DNA of 64,000 bases from contig NC_043006.1 of assembly GCF_006345805.1 (NCBI RefSeq), positions 88,164,001 through 88,228,000 of the forward strand. Direction: 5' to 3'. This DNA comes from Octopus sinensis (lineage: Eukaryota). Below the pieces are notes generated by a model. It was not told the origin of the DNA. It made no database searches and saw only the letters and a list, made by a program, of their open reading frames with translations. A program made the translations under genes and the position numbers. Positions 1 to 12,040 of the stretch are shown piece after piece; the stretch's first letter is position 1; each line of letters opens with the position of its first letter.

Positions 1-141
1 AAGACAAAGAAGATGGCCACAACTTCAGTAATGTCATCAAAGTGACACAAAGAATGTTCTTATTGACTGACTTCCTCAAGATCAATGCTTTTGCACCAGG
101 AAAAGGAACCCCCATCACCAATAGTTTGATTTATGAGTGCG

Positions 142-179
<38 letters not shown>

Positions 180-291
180 CGTCAGTTCTTATATTTGAAA
201 AGAATCACTCACTAAAATATTAGAGTAGTTATATTTAGAAGGTTGATTCTTATGACCAGTTACAGAGTGACCATTGATTTTGCAACTATAA

Positions 292-410
292 AGTGCATAG
301 CTCCATGGTTAGAGTATCAGGTTCACAATCGCAAGAGGGTGAGTTCAATTTTTGGACCAGGCTGTATATTGTGTTCTGGAGCAAGACACTTTGTTTCACA
401 TTGCTCCAGT
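292..410 (+). mobile_element. Degenerate tRNA-headed SINE fragment
   Basis: A/B-box-like head (tagctccatggttagag ... gagttcaatt) followed by gtgttctggagcaagacact...ttgctccagt, also seen in the SINEs at 9534 and 57827. Confidence 0.55.
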
Positions 411-444
411 TTTGGGATGGTTGAATGTACTTCAATTCCTTTTC

Positions 445-939
445 TCCATGTCCTTTTTTACCCCTATTATTTAAACAATCTATTTTTTAAATCAGCTATC
501 ATCATTCTTTTGAAAAATGAATAATTTTTGTTTCATTTGAGTAGAAAATTGTAGATGGAAATGTGCTCCATTAAAATGATTTCCGTTAAATTATGAGGCA
601 CCAAACATTATAATGATTCACATAGACAAGTGTTTTCAAATATATTTTAACACTCATATGAGGTGTATGGAGTATCTCTGCACTGTCTAACATTGTGTGA
701 CCATGATTATTTTTGATTAAAGTCTCGTTTTGGTCACTATCAATGACTATAGACCTGCCCGAACATGCACGGTCTTTCCGATCAAAATTTTTCAAGTGAA
801 CCACTTGTGAATAGTACTGTTAGCTATGGTACCAGCTCCATAAAACGCACATATCTTCTTTGTTGCTTGTGCAGTATTATTTTCCTTTCAGGAAATAAAA
901 GTGCATCAAAAGATGAAAATACATCGCCTTTCACTCCAT
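445..939 (-). pseudogene. Mariner (Tc1/mariner) transposase remnant, N-terminal half
   Basis: Minus-strand translation with stops/frameshifts: ME*KAMYFHLLMHFYFLKGK...RACSGRSIVIDSDQNETLIKNN...YVNHYNVW(V)PHNLTE...FFKRMMIAD; matches the mariner HTH region, WVPHxL motif and approach to the first catalytic Asp. Confidence 0.8.
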
Positions 940-1077
940 TTTCAATTTTATCCTATGCTTCTGTCACATGATCAACTAAGCACACATATTTATATACACA
1001 CGCATATACATCACACACACACACACACACTCACAAACGTATACAGTGGACTACTGCACAGTTTTATTAACCAGATT

Positions 1078-1205
1078 CATTCACAAGGTATCGGTCAGCT
1101 TAGGACTACAATAAGAGACACTAACCCAACATGCCAAACAAAGGACTGAACCCAAAACCATGTGATTGCAAAGTGAATTTCTTAGCCACATAGCCGTGCT
1201 TGTGC
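1078..1205 (-). mobile_element. CORE-type SINE 5' half, degenerate
   Basis: Reverse complement resembles the tRNA-head/CORE segments at 7598-7709 and 60101-60262. Confidence 0.55.
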
Positions 1206-1396
1206 TTATATCTCATTAGCATTATTTGCTGGTTAAAATCAAATATTAATTATCTATTTTAACAATGCATGCATACTCCGACATGAACCTAAATATACTC
1301 TATTTAATTGCTGTATGGTGCTTAATTTTAAAAATACAGATATTTATAACTTTCCATCTCATTTTTAGTGAAACAAATGAATGTTGCTATCCTTAA

Positions 1397-1621
1397 CTTT
1401 TCTGATACCAACCTGCCTATGACCCCACCCACAATAATTCTAAGATACAAACATCCTGTTTTATCATAATCTAAATTAAAATTTTCCATCAAAATTTCCT
1501 GTTATTTTATATTTCAAATACCAGCTTTATAATGACAAAGTTATTTAAGTAAATTCTTTCTCTTCAAAATAATTGAAACAAAGGCAAGTGTATTTCTACA
1601 TATATATGGTAACAAAAATGG
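1397..1621. mobile_element. TTAA-flanked piggyBac-like MITE, degenerate
   Basis: TTAA at 1393-1396 and 1622-1625; ends and interior resemble the element at 52142-52362. Confidence 0.55.
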
Positions 1622-2903
1622 TTAAAAGGTTAGAAAGTACTGCTAGAGGTCAGGAATTCATATTCTACTGCATATATTTTGATGGTAATGTTACTTAATT
1701 CTATTTGCCCAAAATACAGTAAGGTATGAGAAAGCATATATTCATTTGAATTAAGAGTGAATTGCAGTATCAGTGTTGTAGCTGTGTGATGGCTTACAAG
1801 TTCACATCACACAGTAGGCATGATGCAATGCCCATGAGAACGTCATGTAACTATGATTATTGTCAATTACTTAATTTAATAATCTATGAAGAAATTATTA
1901 TTGAATTTGAAATATCAAAGAGTGGTTAGTAATTGGCAGATATCTTTGAGGAAGCAGAGATTGGGAGTAGCAAGATTTTATAGAATGAACTTCAAAGCTG
2001 ATAATAGATGGTTGACACAGTAAGTAGATATCTTTTGATAGAAGCTAGGTAAAGATATTAACTTTAGAGAAGATGATGATGCAATTTTAACATTTGTAGT
2101 AATGATGGCATTTATCTTAATTGTTGGTCAAAGTGCTTTTTCCTTTTTACATATACTTTGTGATACTACACTGTTCATGATAAAGTGAGAATAGTTATCT
2201 CTTTGAGCTACCTTCTCTGAAGTGAGCCAATAAGGAAGCTTCTATGCAGTTAAAATATATGCAGCGGCATAGCATGGGGTGTACAGGGTGTGCAGATTAC
2301 TCATAGCAACCACTCTGGAAGGGTAGAGCAAACTTTAGTTGAAGGTGTGATACATTTAAGGAAAGGTCCAATCAATTCAGCAACTTGGCAGGGCAGCCAA
2401 AACCCTTATGATACATGAGCTGGAAATGCAACCAAATTTCCATCAAATTATAATTTTAAAATACAAAGAACACCATGTAGCGCAAAATATACACTTTTAC
2501 TTGTTTCTTCTTTTGGTCATATGGCTGTAGTCATGCCAGAGCACCATAGTGTAGGAGACCTTGTTTCATCACACTGACAACAATATTTGCATTTTAAAAT
2601 CTGTTATTTATTTTAACAATCCCCTTCCCTTGCACTGTTAAGTTACATGTCATAAACATAGTATGTTTTCAAGAAGTATCAACTACAAAGAGAGGCTTAT
2701 ACAGACAGACACATAAAAGCACGTACTTATAATTATATATACACCCATATCCATACACACATGCAAAAATGAAACACTCACACACACAAATATAATATAA
2801 TATATATACATACATGTGATGAATGGTTCATCTTGACAGATGATAGCCATCCCATCAACACACACGTGCACCACACCCCATCACACAGCACAATCCTCCA
2901 CTG

Positions 2904-3088
2904 ATGTGCCCTCAGATGACTTTTAAGACTAGCTGCTGACTGACAGGGTTTAAAATACAAGTAATATTATTCAAGTTTCTTCTACATCTTTGCCCTTTGA
3001 AATCTGATTCTAAAAGAATGGTTTTGTGAACTGGCATATGTCTTTTAAGTCCTGATATTATCTTACAAGTTTTGTGACATATGACACA
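2904..3088 (-). pseudogene. Two decayed C2H2 zinc fingers, probably the C-terminus of an old RTE-type LINE ORF
   Basis: CVICHKTCKIISGLKRHMPVH (C-x2-C-x12-H-x3-H) and, frameshifted, (C>Y)FKPCQSAASLKSHLRAH; no TGEKP linker. Confidence 0.45.
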
Positions 3089-3459
3089 AGCCCTGGACAT
3101 TTTGATTTTCACGTGACTTCATATGATTCAGAAGTCTCAGAAAGCAGACTGGCAAAAAGAACTCAAGAGGCTTAAAGATACTTGGAGAAATTTGTCTGAG
3201 GAAGTAAGGTGGCCTATGAAAAGAAACACATTAAAAGTTTTCATAATTTATTGCAGCAAGCTTTTGGACCCCAATCTTTATCATATGTTCCCTTGAAGTC
3301 AAAAGATGGAAATGAAGTTATTAAAGATCCTCCTGGAATAATGAATAGATAGATGGAGAGAACATTTTGTAGATTTTTTTCCACAATACTTCTGTAGTGA
3401 ACATATCGTAAAACAACATTCCACAAAGATAGATAGTGCAACACATGAACAATATATAG

Positions 3460-3640
3460 CATTTTGATTATTTTGTAAAACCTATTTATTCACTTTGTTT
3501 TGAATAAATCATACATTATCTTGTAGCTTTGAAATTTAAATGATATGACTGTTTATTTTTAGATTGACATTGTAGGGTGGGTGGGAGAGGTCTGCTAAAG
3601 GGTCAGTTTGAACATAAAACAGGTAGAATATTTTAGCCTT
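3460..3640. mobile_element. Partial copy of the TTAA MITE at 4264-4473
   Basis: About 180 bp near-identical to 4275-4450; runs into the terminus of the element seen at 7001-7496. Confidence 0.75.
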
Positions 3641-4263
3641 ATTGGCTAAACTGGCAAAATGACCATTCCTAGATACAACAATACATATATATATAAATAC
3701 TGAAGGAAAGAACACAAGCACAAACATAAAGAAGGGAGGGGAGGAAAAGGAAAAGGATACTCAAACCACCAAATATAAAACAGAAAACTCAAATATGGAG
3801 CATCCAATGAAATCTGAAACCCTATGGAGAGAAGAAATTTGGAGTGAGCTCAAGGACCTGGAAATTTTACCTGCAAGGCATATGTTGGCATGGGAAAATG
3901 GCACAAACTGCCGGTCTGTTTACCTGAGATCCCACCATGTGTTTATGTCTCCATGACTTAGAGTTTCAGCAAAAGAGGCTGATAAAATAAGTACCAGGCT
4001 TTAAAAAAGAAATAAGTTCTCTGAGATCAATACATTCAATAAAACTTTTTCACACCAACGCCCCAGCCTGGCCACAGAAACAAGTGAAAGGTAAAAGATA
4101 TGAGTATATATATATATTTCTTAATCACACTGATATGTCTCAGTCTGCAAACTGGTCAATCATAACTGTGATGATTTGATCAGGGTTGATGAGGAGTTCA
4201 AACAATAGCCTTTATCATACTTTATCTAGAAGCACAAGGCAAAATGCCTGTGATAACCTTTAA

Positions 4264-4473
4264 CCCTTTAGCATTCTGATTATTTTGTAAAACTTATTTA
4301 TTCACTTTGTTTTGAATAAATCATACATTATCTTGTAGATTTGAAATTTAAATATGACTTTATTTTTAGATTGACATTTTAGGGTAGGTGTGAGAGGTCT
4401 GCTAAAGGGTCAGTTTGAACATAAAACAGATAGAATATTTTAGCCTTATATGGCCAGTTTAAATGCCAAAGGG
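4264..4473. mobile_element. piggyBac-like MITE
   Basis: TIRs ccctttagcatt / aatgccaaaggg; TTAA target duplication at 4260-4263 and 4474-4477. Confidence 0.85.
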
Positions 4474-4970
4474 TTAATTGAAAATAGTATGACATTGATA
4501 CCACATGACCATGATATAGATATTAAGTAGGAAATATTGATGCTCCACATTCTTGAATGAGTGTAAGTGAATGTTCCCTATCTCTGTCAGTCAATCAACT
4601 AGAAATACAATAATTAATTTCTTAAACTAATCCAAATGCAGCCTATTTTCACATAACTCATTAATTAAGAAACATTATTGTAATATAACAATTCCGTCTG
4701 ATTGGAATATAACTTAATATTTAGCATTCTTTGACCTAATACAACTTCACATATATATTATTCACCTATATACCATATTTATGTTTGCACACATCAACAT
4801 GAATGTACAAGTATACATTTGTATAAATACATTTTAATATTTCACTTAGGCATTGTGAGACTAATAACCTGGTGCAGAATTCAATATGCATATGCATCAG
4901 AACAAAGCATTTGTTATGTACAGAGTGGTAACAAGAAAGTGAGAGGATGAAGGAATAAATGACTATCTTG

Positions 4971-5159
4971 TGAACTTCACTAATTACAGCTGTTTCTGCT
5001 GTAGGATGCGGTGGACTCAATAGTTGAGTCAACCGTATGCCTTCATCAAAACCTTGAATATAAATCAAGGCTTCAAAGAAGCTATAAGGTGTTACTCAGG
5101 CACTCAGCTATGAGTCCACTGCATCTTACAGCAGAAACGGCTGTAATTAATGTAGTTCA
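4971..5159. repeat. Foldback/MITE-like element with about 58-bp terminal inverted repeats
   Basis: 4971-5029 is the reverse complement of 5102-5159 with few mismatches; internal hairpin ccttga/tcaagg. Confidence 0.8.
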
Positions 5160-5199
5160 TTTATTCCATTGCCATCTTATTTTCTTATATGTACATATA

Positions 5200-5240
<41 letters not shown>

Positions 5241-5804
5241 TATATATACATGCACACACACATGCACACATACATATATATACATATATAGGCATACATA
5301 TATATATGCATATACATATATGTACAAATACACACATACATATATATTTATATATATAGGTGAGAGAGTTGATATGTGAAAGCACATGGTTGGATGATGT
5401 ATAAAAGACAAAACAGAGTGAAGAAACTACAGAAGGCTTATGTTATATGGTTAAATAATATATTTAATGCATTATGTTAGAAAAATGTTATAAAATTTAG
5501 CAAATAGTAGCATTGTTTTGGGAGAAATAACTGGTTTCGTATTTTCTTTTCAAATTTCTCAAATTTCTTTACCTATATTGTGTCATGTCTTCACTATGTT
5601 GTGAAATATGGAGTTCCATACAGGGGAAGGTAATCAGGGAGATAATCAAAAATGTTGGGAATGACTAGGTTTTATTAATTTAACATGATTTGGTTTAGAA
5701 GGAATAGAATGTTATAAGTGGTTAGGTTTTGTTTTATATTTTTTTCAATGGGGTGAGTTTCCTTATTTAAATGTTAGAAATGGTTAAGATTCTACTCCCT
5801 AGAA

Positions 5805-6130
5805 TGAAGAAGGCTGGAAAAATATGTTGTGATATATTCTAGAAGAACTTGTACCAAACTTTGTTATTGAAAGTTACATAAACAGTAGAACAGGACACCA
5901 CTGCATAGCACCAAAAATCCCAACATTGCCACTAGGATACATCAACAACTTGGGCTGTTCAAGGGCCCACAGCTCGTCAAGACCCTCCCAAAAAGCTTGA
6001 GAAATGGGGTGGATGTAGGTATCTTTAAAACAAAACTGGATCCCTCCACTTAAGTGTTCCAGATGAACCTGCCTCACAGCAAGAAATGTGGATGAGAGTG
6101 CAACATCAAACTCCCTCATTCACCAAATGC
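5805..6130 (+). mobile_element. 3' remnant of a CR1/L2-like LINE ORF2
   Basis: Degenerate translation RRLEKY..ILEELVPNF..SRTGHHCIAPKIP...VFKTKLD...VPDEP, typical of CR1/L2-group ORF2 C-termini. Confidence 0.6.
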
Positions 6131-6971
6131 TACATATCACAGGAGGTTACAAGTAGTGAAAGTATAGCAAAACTAACAGTGGTGATCCAGCATGGCAGCA
6201 GCTCTTGAGCTGAAACTAGTAAAGCAAAAAAATAAAGAAATGTGTGTATAGCTACCCACTATAACAGTATCCTGGATAACACTGGCCTTTTAAAAAAATA
6301 TCAAACACTCAAGCCCAAATGAGAACACTTTTGCTTTTTCCTTGACTGTTAGGACTAATTCTTAACCAGTGCAATCAATAAATTTGACTGTAAAACTGAA
6401 AGTTGCACTTTTCAGGGTTCAAGATGTTACATTGGACATACTAGTACAACATTGTCTTATAGGCTTTCTGTGAGCTTACTATAAGAAGCTATTACAAAAC
6501 GTTATACCATACAACAGAAGACAAAGCTAGAAAAACACTTAAAGAGAATACTTAGATATTCTATAAAATAGGAGATTAATCATAGAATCCATACTTTTAT
6601 TACAGCGTAATGCCAAAATAAATGCACACCAAAACATTAACATGCATGTATGTATGTTTGTATGTGTGTATGTATGTATGTATGTATGTATGTATGCATG
6701 TATGTATGTATGCATGTATGCATGCATGCATGCATATATGTTCTTTTACTCTTTTACATGTTTCAGTCATTTGACTGAGGCCATGCTGAATCACTGCCTT
6801 TAGTCAAGCAAATCGACCCCAGGACTTATTTTTTTGTAAGCCTAGCACTTATTCTATCGGTCTCTTTTAACAAACCGCTAAGTTACACACCAGCATCAGT
6901 TGTCAAGCGATGTTGGAAGGACAAACACAGACATACAAACATATACACACACACACATACATATACATACA

Positions 6972-7008
<37 letters not shown>

Positions 7009-7122
7009 ATATTTCGGAATGGTCATATTGCCAGTTTAGCCAATAAAAACACACGCACTATATATTTGGTGTTATTTTGCTTCAGTGATATTTATTTTTT
7101 ACATTAATCTTAATCTTATTTC

Positions 7123-7167
7123 GGCCAAAGTTCTTTCGTCACACTCCTGTGACCGCATCAGTGGTCC
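7123..7167 (-). ncRNA. Variant minimal hammerhead-like motif (left arm)
   Basis: GGACCA-CUGAUGC-G-GUCAC/GUGAC-GAAA-GAACU-U-UGGCC; A9 position is C. Confidence 0.4.
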
Positions 7168-7329
7168 TTTGTTTTCTTCTCACTTACTTGTGTCTCTCCT
7201 TACTAACCGTCAGCCATTTTATATTTCTATATATATATATATATATAGATATATATATATATATATATAGAAATATAAAATGGCTGACGGTTAGTAAGGA
7301 GAGACACAAGTAAGTGAGAAGAAAACAAA

Positions 7330-7374
7330 GGACCACTGATGCAGTCACAGGAGTGTGACGAAAGAACTTTGGCC
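7330..7374 (+). ncRNA. Variant minimal hammerhead-like motif (right arm)
   Basis: GGACCA-CUGAUGC-A-GUCAC/GUGAC-GAAA-GAACU-U-UGGCC; stems I and II are pairable. Confidence 0.4.
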
Positions 7375-7547
7375 GAAATAAGATTAAGATTAATGTAAAA
7401 AATAAATATCACTGAAGCAAAATAACACCAAATATATAGTGCGTGTGTTTTTATTGGCTAAACTGGCAATATGACCATTCCGAAATATAACAATATCTGT
7501 TTCAACACACGACTTCACATAAAAAATCTTGCACAACATATATTTAA

Positions 7548-7585
<38 letters not shown>

Positions 7586-8997
7586 TATATATATATACGA
7601 CAGGCTTCTGTTAGTTTCCATCTACCAAATCCATTCATAAGGCTTTGGTCAGCCTGAGGCTACAGTAGAAGACACTTGCCCAAGGTGCCATGCAGTAGGA
7701 CTAAACCCATGAGAACGTATATATAAAACAAAAACTAACTATGAATGTCTCTGAACCCCATAATGTAGCTATATTAAAAATTCTGAGGATTCTAGATGCA
7801 GATCTTCTGCTCCTTAGATGAAACATCTTACAAGTCATAAGTAAACTTTGAATCATGAAACATCATAACATAGCTTTGATCAATATTGGCTGAAACCTGT
7901 CAAAGTTATCCCAATCTGGCTTCAAATATGTTGTTTTCTTTGTTTGATTCCATGAAACCTTTACTCTATGAGTAAGGAGACCTGTACTACTGCATATCTG
8001 TATGTGTGTACAGACACACACACACACACATTTATATATATATATATATATATACACACAGTGAGAGAGAGAATGAGAGAGTCAATCCATATAGATTATA
8101 AAATGAAGAATGGCAATTGTGTACTGTCAGTTTTACAGAATATGCCATGTGATGACAACATATATACACAACACAAAAACAAGACAATTTAATTAAAATC
8201 TCAATGATTAAAGACATAGCTGATATGCTAGCCTGGAGTTAATAAGATACACTATATATATGTGGGTGTATCTGCAAGTATATGTGTAAACTCAATATAT
8301 GCACTGTATACAATAAGCTCACTTTTATTACTATCACCCACACTTTCGCACTTATATGCACGTACATATAATTCATTACATCCTTTTGTAATTCACCTTT
8401 TCAGAGGCTCTGATCAAATATATATTTGATGTTTAGCAACTACATTACATGTTACTAATGCCATAATTGCTAAGAACAAATAAAAGTAATATATATATAA
8501 ATATATACATAAAGTGTGTGTATGTGTGCATGTATATTTGTATGTATGTTTATGTATATACAAATAGATATATACACACATATTTACACACACACACATA
8601 TATATGCATATATATATATAAATATATATGTTTCTATCTGTATACACATACACACACTTACAGAGCAGAGATATCAACTATCAACCCTTTTCTCCTTAAA
8701 TCTCCTGAAAATGTGTTCCTAGCTCTTTGGAATACTAGTTTATAGTACTAACCATTGAACTTTTCTGATAATAACTAATTTTTTATAGTTATTTTGGCTT
8801 TTGAAAATACATATATATATATTTATATACATATATTATGTTTACATATATATGTATGTGCTATTGAGTCAGACATGGCCTGGGCCTTTACCGATTGAAA
8901 CCTATCAAAGTTATCAAAGTTATATATATATATATACATACACACACACACACACACACATATAAATACATACGTATATAAACATCGCATATTTATA

Positions 8998-9435
8998 TAC
9001 AAGGTGCATTAAAAAGTAACCAACATTATTTATTCCACCATAACTAATGCTGCATAAGAAGAATTCTTTGGGTGGGAGTGATGCTACCTTTTCTGCACAT
9101 GTCTGAAAATTTACATGCCATTAGGTCACATCAGTTCCTGGCTGTTACACCTATGTACAGACATGTAATGTGTGCTCATCAAATTTTCAGTTTTACTAAA
9201 TGCATTGAACAAAGATATTACATCAAGTTTTGCCAAAACTTGGTTATATTCAAGCTGAAACAATCCAAAAGATTAAGCAGGCCATTGACAATGATGCCAT
9301 GGGTAAAATTCAGATCAAGGCGTGGTACAACTGCTTCAGTCATGGCCATACCTGTGTGGGAATAAGCACAGAATCAGTGCATTCCATTTTAAGGGAGAAT
9401 TTGTGATTGCAGAGAGTGACAGCGAAATTCGTCCC
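8998..9435 (+). pseudogene. Internally deleted mariner transposase remnant
   Basis: TIR-like start tacaaggtgcattaaaaagtaacc; degenerate translation EQRYYIKFCQ(K)LG..AETIQKIKQAIDNDAMGKIQIKAWYNCF...SVHSILRENL..RVTAKFVP. Confidence 0.75.
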
Positions 9436-9533
9436 CAAGGTACTGGTGGGGCAGCGGAAAATACCCTTAAAGCCAAGAACTTTTCAGTACACTCTTGTGT
9501 GTATGTATGTATGTATATATAATCTTTTGTAAA

Positions 9534-9865
9534 GGCGCATGGCTCAGTGGTTAGAGCGTCGATCTTACGACTGTGAGGTTGAGAGTTCAAATCTCAGACC
9601 TGGCTGTGTGTTGTGTTCTTGAGCAAGACACTTCATTTCATGTTGCTCCAGTTCACTCAGCTGTAGAAATGAGTTATGACGTCACTGATGCCAAGCTGTA
9701 TCAGCTTTTGCCTTTCCCTTGGACAACACTGGTGGCATGGAGAGGGGAGGCTGGTATGCATGGGTGACTTCTAGTCTTCCATAAACAACCTTGCCTGGAC
9801 TTGTACTTAGGAGGGTAACTTTCTAGGTGTAATCCCATGGTCATCCGTGACCGAAGGGGGTCTCT
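9534..9865 (+). mobile_element. tRNA-derived SINE, full length
   Basis: A box TGGCTCAGTGG, B box GAGTTCAAATC, body shared with 292-410 and 57827-58130. Confidence 0.8.
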
Positions 9866-10524
9866 GATATATATATATATTATATATATATATATATATA
9901 TATTTTGCTATATTGCCTCTCTTTCACTCTTCTGTTCTCTACATAATCTCTGCCACTTCAGCCTTCTCCCACCTCTTCCTCTCTAACTCACCTGAACAGC
10001 TACTCATTTTTTTTCTTTCAATGCCCTTTTTCCCACAACCTCTCTAGATCTTCATCATTCTCATCTCTTTCTGGTGCTCCCATCTACTCACATCTGTTTC
10101 TATTCAGCTCTAAAACAAGAGAATGGATTACCATTGCTTCACTCAACCCATTACCCTTACTGCATTGTCCCTCTCTCTTTCTCATTAATTTCTGACACTC
10201 CTCTTTCTCTTTACCCTGACCCATCCAAATACAAGTTCCAGCATTGGCATTTGTGTTTTTTCTCCACTACCAATCATTCTTCAACAAGAAATCTATTCCT
10301 TATCCTATTCTAATACTTCAACTAAAGTCATCCCTCTCTCCCTCTCTCTCCCTCATTCTCCTTTCAGTCGTGATATCCTTTAAATTTTGTGAGTGTCAAG
10401 GGTATCTCACAAGTGCTACTCCCATTAATAAAGTACTCATGAATAAAGTGGCTGGTGAATTGAGTAGAGTCAATGTAAAGTTGAGAAAACTCGTTAGTCT
10501 TGTAGGAGCAAGATAACTATATTG

Positions 10525-10705
10525 GTTTGGCAAAAAATACACCCAGCACACTCTGTAAAGTGGTTGAATTTAAGAAGAGAATCCAGCCACAGAAACCAAG
10601 ACAGACCTGAACCACCGAGGTGTGATGTGATCTTCCATCCTGTCAGATCCTATCAAAATAATATGACCAGCGTCAAAAGGAGACGTAAAATGATTATGAT
10701 GGTAA
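10525..10705 (+). mobile_element. Old RTE-tail SINE/3' fragment
   Basis: cacccagcacactctgtaaagtggttg...gaatccagcc...gacgtaaaatgattatgatg parallels the RTE 3' end at 31740-31916. Confidence 0.55.
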
Positions 10706-10884
10706 TTGTATGTGAACATATGTATATATAATGGCATATATACACACACACATATACACATACCTATATATTCACATACACAGGTGCATACATATGTATA
10801 CAAATATGGTTGTAAGAATTCTATTTAACAGAATTACTTATCCACCTTTCCAGAGCAGAGTATTCATTTTCTAGTTCATTACTA

Positions 10885-10918
<34 letters not shown>

Positions 10919-11867
10919 ATACGTGCATGGGTGTGTTGTGGGGTGATTGAGTGTGAATACACACACACATATACAAGTTGTACTATGTGCACACACCAAT
11001 AAAGAATGTGACAATGGCATATAATCAACATTCAGACCAGTCTATTGACATTCAGACTTTATGTCTCTTTAATATAACAAATCTCCGGAAAAAGTTTCTC
11101 CAAGTAAACAATTTTGACATGGGAAAGCTCTTTCTCTTTCTTTAGCAATCTTAAATATTAATGTACTGTATTTTCTGTTAACTACTTTGTCCTGGGGAGA
11201 TTTACTTGACTGTGTTATGAGGATGAAGCCTATAAGTTTAGCCTAAAGGAAGGAAAAACTATTGGGTTTTAGGTATGTACATAAATCAGATGCCATGCAA
11301 TTAATTGTTGTACTTACTTGGGCCACACTTTGACATTCATTATATGGTGTTAAGACATTTATGTTTTTAAAAAATTTATCAGTATTATTTATAGCATCCA
11401 TATTTATCAAAGCTATGTAAATTAATAATATTGGCCTAAGTAGGTTATTATGGAGTGGTTCTGTTGCTCAAACAAAAATAATTCATCATTTCTAGTAAAA
11501 TCCAAACAAATGTTGCATTGATACATCTGGTGCCAACTTGACTGATTCTAGAGCAAGACGAACTGTCTTGTGCTTGTTTTTACCACAGGACACTGCAGAA
11601 GCATGTGAATTCACAAGCTATTAGACAACAAACTGCTGGATAATCTATTTATTAGCTACAGCTCTGAACAAGAAAGCAATTAATTGATATAATATATAAT
11701 TTGATAACTAAAGTACTGAGACAATATGCTTGTAGATAAATTGTAAATAAATGCCCTAGTGTAATCTATAGAACTCTCTCTCTCTCCCTCTCTCATATAC
11801 ACACACACTATATATGCATGTGTGTGTACGTGTGTATGCAAATATATATATAAAGTTAATCCAAACA

Positions 11868-12040
11868 TGAAAACACAACAACGCGAGGACGTGGAACAAA
11901 TATAGTATTACTGGACGCTCAGGAAGGAAGGGAAGAAGGAAGGTTTTACGTTTCGAGCAGAGCTCGTCGTGAGAAACATCAGAAAAGGAAAGATCCAGAG
12001 AAGGGAAAATGGAGGAAAAAAAATCGCCAACGGTACACAC
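11868..12040 (-). mobile_element. Microsatellite-flanked repeat carrying a core-mutated hammerhead (11943-11977)
   Basis: GUUU-CUCACGA-C-GAGC/GCUC-GAAACGU-A-AAAC; helix III is the palindrome ACGU; G5 is mutated to C. Confidence 0.55.

Larger units (their letters stand above)
7001..7496. repeat. 496-bp near-perfect palindrome (two about 228-bp arms around a (TA)n centre), Penelope-terminus-like
   Basis: 7001-7228 equals the reverse complement of 7269-7496 with one substitution (7154/7343); mirrored ORFs in the track confirm this. Confidence 0.95.
6741..7709 (-). mobile_element. CORE-type SINE split at its internal microsatellite (3' half 6741-6940, 5' half 7598-7709)
   Basis: Both halves match other copies in the window (21231-21439, 60101-60262, 61600-61851) in the same orientation. 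Confidence 0.7.

Noticed and set aside
1-135. Open frame at the window edge (DKEDGHNFSNVIKV...)
   Set aside because: Truncated, no splice donor evident, no recognisable motif.
9534-9605. tRNA genes (also the heads at 19548-19626, 57501 and 57827)
   Set aside because: No complete cloverleaf or acceptor stem; each continues into a SINE body.
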